Assembly (NCBI GenBank): GCA_963664815.2
Contig: CAXXHB010000002.1
Location: forward strand, 448,001-512,000
Direction of reading: 5' to 3'
DNA: 64,000 nt
From: Spirochaetota bacterium
Lineage (GTDB): Bacteria; Spirochaetota; UBA4802; UBA5550
The stretch's first letter is position 1. Each line of letters begins with the position of its first letter. Made by a program: the position numbers and the translations under genes. Under the pieces are notes generated by a model that was given only the letters and a program-made list of their open reading frames with translations, did no database searches and was not told where the DNA came from. Positions 56,637 through 64,000 of this stretch are shown one piece after another.

Positions 56637-57572
56637 ATGTATAAAGAAACTACAAAAAAAACAGTTTTCGGTATTGCAGCGTTGCTATTTTCAACAATAT
56701 TAATAGCTGCAGATTTTGCACCAAATGAAGTATGGACTGAAATCGGTTATTATGGCGACAAGGGTACATACTTTGCTGACGTAACGGGTGATGGTAAGGC
56801 AGATGCCATTGTTGTTAATAGCGACAAAGTTGTGGTGCGCCGGTCAACTGGTTCAGCCTTTTCCGCAAATGAAGTATGGACAACCAATCCGTTTTTCGGA
56901 GATAAGGGTACATACTTTGCTGACGTAACGGGTGACGGTAAGGCAGATGCCATTGTTGTTAATGGCGACAAAGTTGTTGTTCGCCGGTCAACTGGTTCAG
57001 CTTTTTCCGCAAATGAAGTATGGACAACCAATCCGTATTTCGGAGATAAGGGTACATATTTTGCCGACGTAACAGGTGACGGTAAGGCAGATGCCATTGT
57101 TGTTAATGGCGACAAAGTTGTTGTTCGCCGGTCAACTGGTTCAGCTTTTTCCGCAAATGAAGTATGGACAACCAATCCGTATTTCGGAGATAAGGGTACA
57201 TATTTTGCCGACGTAACAGGTGACGGTAAGGCAGATGCCATTGTTGTTAATGGCGACAAGGTTGTGGTGCGCCGGTCAACTGGTTCAGCTTTTTCCGCAA
57301 ATGAAGTATGGACAACCAATCCATATTTCGGAGATAAGGGTACATATTTTGCCGACGTAACAGGTGACGGTAAGGCAGATGCCATTGTTGTTAATGGCGA
57401 CAAGGTTGTGGTGCGCCGGTCAACTGGTTCAGCTTTTTCCGCAAATGAAGTATGGACAACCAATCCATATTTCGGAGATAAGGGTACATATTTTGCCGAC
57501 GTTACCGGCGATAAAATGGCAGATGCCATTGTTGTCAACACCGGAAGTGTAGTGGTTCGCCGTTCTCGTTGA
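56637..57572 (+). CDS. Secreted FG-GAP/VCBS-repeat beta-propeller protein
   Basis: Signal peptide plus six 48-aa repeats containing ADVTGDGKAD. Confidence 0.9.
   Translation: MYKETTKKTVFGIAALLFSTILIAADFAPNEVWTEIGYYGDKGTYFADVTGDGKADAIVVNSDKVVVRRSTGSAFSANEVWTTNPFFGDKGTYFADVTGDGKADAIVVNGDKVVVRRSTGSAFSANEVWTTNPYFGDKGTYFADVTGDGKADAIVVNGDKVVVRRSTGSAFSANEVWTTNPYFGDKGTYFADVTGDGKADAIVVNGDKVVVRRSTGSAFSANEVWTTNPYFGDKGTYFADVTGDGKADAIVVNGDKVVVRRSTGSAFSANEVWTTNPYFGDKGTYFADVTGDKMADAIVVNTGSVVVRRSR
56723..57562 (+). repeat. Six tandem 144-bp near-identical coding repeats
   Basis: AAATGAAGTATGGAC recurs at 56723, 56867, 57011, 57155, 57299 and 57443. Confidence 0.95.
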
Positions 57573-57820
57573 AAATACAGGGGGCTGTTTCTGCCTGGAT
57601 CAGTCCCCTCAGATTTTTATATATGAACCCTCTCGTATTGATACACTCAAAGTCCCCTGTGATCATTGATTAAATCATGTCTTTGCCGAACGCGAAAGCC
57701 TATATCTGATATCAGATCCGATCTCTCATTTGTCATCGAAGTTTATTTTTTTAATGGCTTTCTGTATCATAACAAATAAATCTAATTCATACATTCTGGT
57801 TCCGGATTATATTCCATGAA

Positions 57821-58088
57821 AAAGCTTAATTAACTGATAGTGACAGATAACAGATTTGTCAAGAGGGAATTACTTTTTTGCTTCCGACACTTCGTTGCTC
57901 AGTGCAAGTGCTTCGACCCGGCCGGTGAGTGTAGTCGAACCACAGCACAAGTAAGGTCTGGTATGTCAGTCGAAGTTTTTCAGCACATCCTGTACTACTT
58001 CGACACTGCGACATCCTGTCGGGAGCCTGAATCATGGGGCGGGACAGGATACGTTGAATGTTTTAATGCGAGGAGTTTCCTATATCAA
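57821..58088. repeat. Dispersed repeat, copy 2
   Basis: Direct-orientation partner of 51964-52192 with an extra internal segment. Confidence 0.85.
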
Positions 58089-58131
58089 TAAGAAATAATT
58101 GAGTATAAATTATATTTATATTTTATTCCGC

Positions 58132-59367
58132 TTAATCAACTGTAAAAAAATCATCCCATCGACGGTCGAGAATACTTATGCCATTCTGAATAGATATTGC
58201 AGTGAATTTTCCATTTACTTCATTTACCAGATTAAGCCTTGCCAGTTTATTCAAAGCGTCATCGATTTCGAAATCAACAGAGCAGTTCCATTTAGTTTCA
58301 AGCCAGTTTTCAACCTTGAGGTCAATTTCCTTCTTTTGCAATGGTGCTTCTGAAGTGAGAAGAAAATAATAAGCAAGAATCGCCTCCTTACATTCCTCTT
58401 CTTCGGCATCATCAATAATGCGGTGAAATACTCCGGAGTTATTGTCCAGGTTTTTGAAGTAGAGGTTTTGAGTAAGAGCCTGCATAAACATTAATTTCCG
58501 GTTTTTGAATGTGCTGATCTGTTTCCAGATGTAACCTCCAAATGCAGCCAGACCGGCAAACAGGACTAATATAACCGTTTTGTTTATTTCAACACTCTGA
58601 TTACTAAATCCCAGCCAGAAACGGATAAGAGATGCAAGCAACACAAGAGAGACACCAACTTTTGTAGTGAGAACTATAAAGCCGCTGACAGCTGCTGGTA
58701 TGCCAATCATCAGTTTGTCAATTGTGCGCATGCGTATGTTGGTATTCGGGAAAAGCATTTCAAGATCTGATTTTGGCACGTTTTGAAATAATTTAAGTAG
58801 TGTGAATCCATATTTCAATGATGGATACTGGACTTTTGATTTCCTGCGTTCTTCTCTGAAACGGATATACATTACCATGCGATCATAATTAATAAATTTG
58901 ATAGTTTTAGGGAAAAGACCCAGAAATCTGGGAATTGTTTCATATTTGATAGATTCACCACGGGAAAAAAGCATAAGTTCATCGAATTCATTGAAATCAA
59001 CATGCAGACGGATTTTAAAAAGAGAGTATTCTTTCATAGCCTGGTCTATATCTTCTTTTGTTATACACTCATAATTGGCTTTTTCAAGAAGGTCTCTAAG
59101 GAGATCTATAAATTTCGCTCCGGACGTTACGGCTGCATTCTCATATCTGCGGGTATCTGAATCGGGATCAAAGGGAGCGTAGGAATCCTTTAAAGATTCA
59201 AGAGTCTGATGAAATTCAAAATGAAAAGTACTGTCGAGTATCCGGTATAACTTCCGGAAGATTTCCTCTTGTCCCGGAAGAAGATTATCCTGCAGACACA
59301 TTTCAACGATATCATGTTTGCGATAAGGAATAAACCGGAACTTCTTATCTGTTTCTTGTTTAATCAT
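58132..59367 (-). CDS. TMEM143/DUF3754-family membrane protein
   Basis: FIP.R..D, LKLFQNVPK.DLEMLFP, two TMs, LYFKNLDNNSGV....D.AEEEE.KE..LAY, DFEIDDAL.KL. Confidence 0.8.
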   Translation of the reverse strand: MIKQETDKKFRFIPYRKHDIVEMCLQDNLLPGQEEIFRKLYRILDSTFHFEFHQTLESLKDSYAPFDPDSDTRRYENAAVTSGAKFIDLLRDLLEKANYECITKEDIDQAMKEYSLFKIRLHVDFNEFDELMLFSRGESIKYETIPRFLGLFPKTIKFINYDRMVMYIRFREERRKSKVQYPSLKYGFTLLKLFQNVPKSDLEMLFPNTNIRMRTIDKLMIGIPAAVSGFIVLTTKVGVSLVLLASLIRFWLGFSNQSVEINKTVILVLFAGLAAFGGYIWKQISTFKNRKLMFMQALTQNLYFKNLDNNSGVFHRIIDDAEEEECKEAILAYYFLLTSEAPLQKKEIDLKVENWLETKWNCSVDFEIDDALNKLARLNLVNEVNGKFTAISIQNGISILDRRWDDFFTVD

Positions 59368-59391
59368 TGGTATAAATCCGTGGTGGTTAAG

Positions 59392-60864
59392 TTATTTTCC
59401 GCATTTTTTGTGTATATTGTTCTGATTTATATAATTATCGATCTTTTTTCTCCGTTCTTCAAGGTTCCTGTCAGGATTCATTTTTTCAGATATGTCTTTT
59501 TCCTTTAGCAGGATATTAAGCGCATCACAGTATTTCTCTTTTTCCAGATAACCGCTTCCGATATTGTTTAAAAGATCAAGATAAAGTTTTGTATATGTCT
59601 GACCTCTTTTCTCCAGCGACTCTGCACCTTTCAGATAAAAAGGAAGTGATTTGTCTGCATTTGCCATCAGGCTCATTCCGTCGTATTCTTCGCCGATCCG
59701 GTTTAGAACTTTCGCATAATTCCATCCTGTATATCCGATATCTTCGAGTATTTTTTTTGCATGGAGAAGGTTTTCCAGTTTTTCCTCAGAGCCGTCAGCC
59801 GCAGTATTGAAAAGGACAAGAGCGTAACCTATGCTATTCTCCCTGCCGAGTTTTTCGAAGAGCGTTTTTGATTTTTTAAAAAATAAATTCTGTTTTGTCC
59901 GGTCCTTCATGTCGCCATATATTACACCAATCTGGTTGAGGAGTACCGCATATTCTGTACTTTCTGTTCTGTTTAAGTTTTCAAAAACAGCAAGTGATTT
60001 TAAGCTTAACTCAAGTGCTTCATACTTTTTATTTAAATATCTGAGTATTTTTGCGGTATTTTGAAGTATTTCGGCATATCGTACACTGGTTGTTTCACCT
60101 GTTTTTTCCAGCATAACGCGTGCGCGTGAAAAATATGCCAGGGAATCATCAAATTTTTCCATGTCAGAATATACCTGACCGGCAGCGGCAGCGGCAGCGA
60201 AATAGTCCGGATTAAGCTCAATCGCTTTCAGGAAAAGTTCAAGCGCTTCGCGTGGATTAGTTCTTTCGGCTGCAAGTCCCATTGCGTATAACCTGTATTC
60301 ATCCATGCTGCTGTGTTTTTGTTTTGAAATATCCTCCCGAAATATACCGTAATCACTAAATGACCCGTTTGATCTCTTTTCAAACTCCGCCAACAGTTTA
60401 TATGCAATAGTCTCCTGTAATTCAAAAATTGAGTCAATGCTTCCATTCATGTCAACGGCTGCTGCAGTTAAACCGCTCTCAACCCTGACAATTCTTGCTG
60501 ATACATGTAGTAATTTGCCGGAAATGCTGCATGATCCGGTTACCAGATAATCGGCGGCTACCATCTTTCCGGCTGTAACTGTTTTTTTTTCGTCAATCAA
60601 TCCGGTCATAGCGAGTTCCATTTCTTCTATCACTTTTATCCGGTCATCACGTGAAACAATCATGAAACGGGGTACCTTGCAGAGATCAGCGGTAATTGCA
60701 TCAGAAAGGCCTGCGGCGGTCCATGCGTATTGGGAATCACCGGTGAATATCAGGGGATATACAAGTATAACTTTCTGCGGTTCAAACGCAGTAAAAGCAG
60801 TTTCTGTAATTATTACTAAAATAATTGAAAATATTAAAACTCTTGCGCTTGATACAATATTCAT
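59392..60864 (-). CDS. Exported TPR protein with N-terminal CsgG/FlgO/TolB-N-like domain
   Basis: GLSDAITADL...VSR.D...V.EE..L..TGL......GK..ADY.V.GS followed by multiple TPRs. Confidence 0.8.
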   Translation of the reverse strand: MNIVSSARVLIFSIILVIITETAFTAFEPQKVILVYPLIFTGDSQYAWTAAGLSDAITADLCKVPRFMIVSRDDRIKVIEEMELAMTGLIDEKKTVTAGKMVAADYLVTGSCSISGKLLHVSARIVRVESGLTAAAVDMNGSIDSIFELQETIAYKLLAEFEKRSNGSFSDYGIFREDISKQKHSSMDEYRLYAMGLAAERTNPREALELFLKAIELNPDYFAAAAAAGQVYSDMEKFDDSLAYFSRARVMLEKTGETTSVRYAEILQNTAKILRYLNKKYEALELSLKSLAVFENLNRTESTEYAVLLNQIGVIYGDMKDRTKQNLFFKKSKTLFEKLGRENSIGYALVLFNTAADGSEEKLENLLHAKKILEDIGYTGWNYAKVLNRIGEEYDGMSLMANADKSLPFYLKGAESLEKRGQTYTKLYLDLLNNIGSGYLEKEKYCDALNILLKEKDISEKMNPDRNLEERRKKIDNYINQNNIHKKCGK

Positions 60865-61036
60865 ATAACAATCCTCTTATTTATGTATTGGAAAATATGA
60901 TTTTTACAAATAATCAAGCATTTTTAATTTTGTTTGAACAGAAAACTGAAAGAAACAAATTCTGCTTGCGTTAATATATCATATAATAAAGATAAATGTC
61001 TTGGAAAAATAAATTGTTATTTATCAAGGAACATCT

Positions 61037-61663
61037 ATGACGTTACATGCGTTCATTGCATACTTTACTATTCTCATTATTGCTACGATAACTCCTGGGC
61101 CAAGTATGATTCTTGCATTGAACCACGGAGTGAATTATGGTTTAAAAAAAACATTATATAGTTGCGCGGGTAATGTTGCAGGGAACATTCTAATGGCTTT
61201 AATTTCTGTTACCGGACTTGGTGTGATTCTTGCAGTATCAGGGTTGATGTTCAACGTTATAAGATGGGCAGGTGCTATATACCTTGTTTACCTTGGTTAC
61301 AGGCTTATTACTGCACCTGTTGATGAAAAAATAGACGTAATGAATGAACATGACAATAAACATACGGGTAAACTTTTTATTGATGGATTCATCATAGCAA
61401 TAGGAAACCCTAAAGGTATTGTTTTTTTTACGGCGCTTTTCCCGCAGTTTATCATTACTGGAGGATCGTCAATGAATAGCTATATTATAATTTTTAGCGC
61501 ATTGGGTGGAGTTGCATTTGCATGTTACATGCTTTATGCCGCAGCTGGATCAAAATTGAAAGTTTTGTCAGGTATACGGAAATTCATGAAAAGATTTAAT
61601 TGCGTAAGCGGCATACTGATGATAGGATCCGGGCTTACTCTTGTTTTTACTGAGAAGGGGTAA
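61037..61663 (+). CDS. LysE/RhtB-family amino-acid exporter
   Basis: TPGP, GAIYL.YLG and NPK.IVFF.ALFPQF motifs. Confidence 0.92.
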   Translation: MTLHAFIAYFTILIIATITPGPSMILALNHGVNYGLKKTLYSCAGNVAGNILMALISVTGLGVILAVSGLMFNVIRWAGAIYLVYLGYRLITAPVDEKIDVMNEHDNKHTGKLFIDGFIIAIGNPKGIVFFTALFPQFIITGGSSMNSYIIIFSALGGVAFACYMLYAAAGSKLKVLSGIRKFMKRFNCVSGILMIGSGLTLVFTEKG

Positions 61664-61761
61664 TACTCAGAAAAAATATGGTCATAACTATGTTAAGAAT
61701 GCAGAGGTCAGTATACATTCTTACCGGAATATCAAAAAAGATATGTTTTAATCAATTTTAA

Positions 61762-63852
61762 TCAGGGAGTGTCGTCCTCCGCTGCTCCATGTTTGTTGTC
61801 AGTTGTAGTTGACAGATCATCTTTCTTTGTGATTATTCTTGTAAGATAGGCTGAAAGCAACCCGGCGATGTTATCTCCCCCCTGAACAAGAAAATCGGGG
61901 GTTACTTTAACATTACCTGCTGCAATCTGCTTGGCAACCTCAATTGCAGTAACACCCTCGCGTCCTACGGCTTTGTTCTGCAGCTCATAGGCTTTTGCAG
62001 TTGATTCACCAATTGCAAGAATTTTTTGTCCTTCTGCCTCTCCAGTCATTGTAATTCCCTGTGCCTCGCCCTGTGCCCGCAGCCTTATACTCTCAGATTC
62101 ACCTTCGGCAAACCTTATTGCTTTCTGTTTGTTCTGTTCTGCAATCTTTACTCCTATCTCTGCTTCAACGAGATTTTTCTGCTGGTCCGCTTCGGCACGA
62201 GTTTTTTCCATGGCTATCCTGGTCTGTTCAGCCTTTTGCTGATCCTGATACATCGCCTGCTGCTGCTGAGCTATTATCTTCATGGTTTGTGTATCCATAA
62301 GATCCTGAGGGAGATTGATCTGACAGATCAGTACTGATACGCACTCAACGTGATACTTTTCGAGTTCAGCTCTTGCCCTGTCTTCAGCTTTACGCTGTTC
62401 TTCCTGCCTGTCCTGCATAAAGTTCATCGCAGATGTAGATGATGCCTGGTTTCTGAAACTTGAATCTATCATGGGGTGTATAACATGAAGTATCAGGTTT
62501 TCAATAGAACCTATTTTAGCAACCATATATGGCGCCTGATCCGGTCTGATTCTTATTACAACCTTGACAGCAACACTTATCTCAAATCCGTCTCTTGATA
62601 TTACTTTTAACGGGTCAAATCTGGTCTCTTTAGTGTTGTCCCAATCTATTGTAATATTTGTGGTATCCACAATATAAACAATAAATGCTCTCCGGTTAAG
62701 GTAATAAAATCCAGGTCCCGCAACTTCCTGCTGTATACCCCTGTAACCTTTAGGAACAACATAGCGTTCTATTCCGGTATCAAAACGACTCTCAATATCT
62801 TTATAGATTTCTGAACCAGGTGAAGCCTGTTCCTTTGCAGCCGTATCAGTTACAAGCTTCCTGATCTGTACCGGTTCTTCTCCAACATTGGAGACAACTA
62901 CTGCCACCTGTCCGCGCTGTACAATGGCCACATCATCAAGCTCAACCTTAAATATCATCGGGTTTATATAATATGTTCCTGGTTTTAAAACATCAAACTG
63001 CGGGCCTCTCTGACCACCGGATTTAAGAAATGCTGATGCGTTTTGATAATCGTTATGTCCTGATATTGATTTAGCCACGTATTCACCTTCGGGTAGTGGT
63101 TCGCCATCAAGAGCAGTTACAAGCCCAATCTTGTTTGCAGGTATTACTGTGGCTTCTGCGTATTCTACATGAAACAGGTCTGTATTAATTCTGTAGGTAC
63201 CGGGGAGTAGTATCTCTATCTGAGGTCCCTTTTGTCCTCTGTTATTTAAAAATGCCTGACCGTTTTCAAAATTGCTATGTCCATCTGTTTTTCCGGCAAG
63301 AAGTCTTCCTGATGGTATAGGTTCTCCATCCATTGCCGTTATGAGACAAATCCTGCCTTTGTCTACGATTATTGACTGGAGCTTTCTCACTCTGAAGAGT
63401 ACTGGATTTATTCTATAAGTACCCGGAGGAAGGATTTCTATCTGGGGTCCCTTTTGCCCGCTGTTTATCAGAAAAACTTCACCATCCTGAAATGAATTAT
63501 GTCCATCTACAACTTTTGCGAAAATTTTTCCAGGAGGTATCGGGTCTCCGTCAATTGATTCAACAAGGCCTATTTCCTCTTCGGCAATTGTTGTAAATGA
63601 AAGTTTACGTGTTGTGTAAAGGAAGGGTATTAAGAAATGAAGGCCGGGTCCCATTGTCCTGGCCTGGATTCCAACTTCATTGTTTTGTGCTATAACTCTT
63701 CCCTGCGGCATTTTTTTGCCGAAGTATCTTCTTTCAATGACAGCTATCTGTGTTCCGCCAACTATTATTACTGATTTCAGAATTACTACAAACAGGATTG
63801 AAGTGATGATAAGCGGATAAAAAGTTGTGAGGATGAAAATCATTGCAGACAT
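61762..63852 (-). CDS. SPFH/band-7 (flotillin-like) protein with N-terminal repeats
   Basis: N-terminal TM, repeated GQ.GPQ...L.PGTY.IN units, SPFH core (S.DGF....V.V), C-terminal AE-rich coiled coil. Confidence 0.85.
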   Translation of the reverse strand: MSAMIFILTTFYPLIITSILFVVILKSVIIVGGTQIAVIERRYFGKKMPQGRVIAQNNEVGIQARTMGPGLHFLIPFLYTTRKLSFTTIAEEEIGLVESIDGDPIPPGKIFAKVVDGHNSFQDGEVFLINSGQKGPQIEILPPGTYRINPVLFRVRKLQSIIVDKGRICLITAMDGEPIPSGRLLAGKTDGHSNFENGQAFLNNRGQKGPQIEILLPGTYRINTDLFHVEYAEATVIPANKIGLVTALDGEPLPEGEYVAKSISGHNDYQNASAFLKSGGQRGPQFDVLKPGTYYINPMIFKVELDDVAIVQRGQVAVVVSNVGEEPVQIRKLVTDTAAKEQASPGSEIYKDIESRFDTGIERYVVPKGYRGIQQEVAGPGFYYLNRRAFIVYIVDTTNITIDWDNTKETRFDPLKVISRDGFEISVAVKVVIRIRPDQAPYMVAKIGSIENLILHVIHPMIDSSFRNQASSTSAMNFMQDRQEEQRKAEDRARAELEKYHVECVSVLICQINLPQDLMDTQTMKIIAQQQQAMYQDQQKAEQTRIAMEKTRAEADQQKNLVEAEIGVKIAEQNKQKAIRFAEGESESIRLRAQGEAQGITMTGEAEGQKILAIGESTAKAYELQNKAVGREGVTAIEVAKQIAAGNVKVTPDFLVQGGDNIAGLLSAYLTRIITKKDDLSTTTDNKHGAAEDDTP

Positions 63853-64000
63853 TTATTCCTCCATAGTGAATATGATATAGGATTAAGTATTGCCTGTATT
63901 GTACAAAGATAACCGGTTTGTAAATCAGTCAAAGCTTAAGCAGAAAAAGTAATATTTAAAAACTGTATAATAGAAACATTGTTATCTTCAGTCAAGTTTT

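Noticed and set aside
56750-57541. 263-aa repetitive minus-strand ORF; possible CRISPR-like periodicity
   Set aside because: It is the antisense of the FG-GAP gene. The 144-bp units have no unique spacers and no cas genes are present.

Overview
AT-rich chromosomal window from a spirochaete. The 16S signatures and a Leptospira-type small zinc-finger protein suggest a Leptospira-related lineage. From left to right: a partial PTS IIA gene, a STAS protein, an MBL hydrolase, an alpha-2-macroglobulin-pbpC-sulfatase operon, DUF167-nfo-DMT and an EAL phosphodiesterase. Next is a ~19 kb polymorphic-toxin locus (16.0-35.2 kb): a 2173-aa filamentous-haemagglutinin/CdiA-like gene with no TpsB/CdiB in the window, followed by an array of orphan toxin-tip/immunity cassettes interrupted by a complete IS66. 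Then come three MCPs, uvrB, a 16S-tRNA-Ile-tRNA-Ala-23S operon with no linked 5S, and a repeat-flanked block (lipoprotein, 7TM-DISM LytS kinase, LytTR regulator, 6x144-bp FG-GAP protein). The window ends with TMEM143-like, TPR, LysE and SPFH genes. The most striking unexplained signal is in the toxin array. Four ~100-bp bulged palindromes with integron attC-like architecture (AAT/ATT in place of AAC/GTT) each sit just after an immunity gene. Three of them are followed by a conserved ~100-bp leader joined in frame to the next toxin fragment. All family assignments come from motif recognition by eye, not from database searches.
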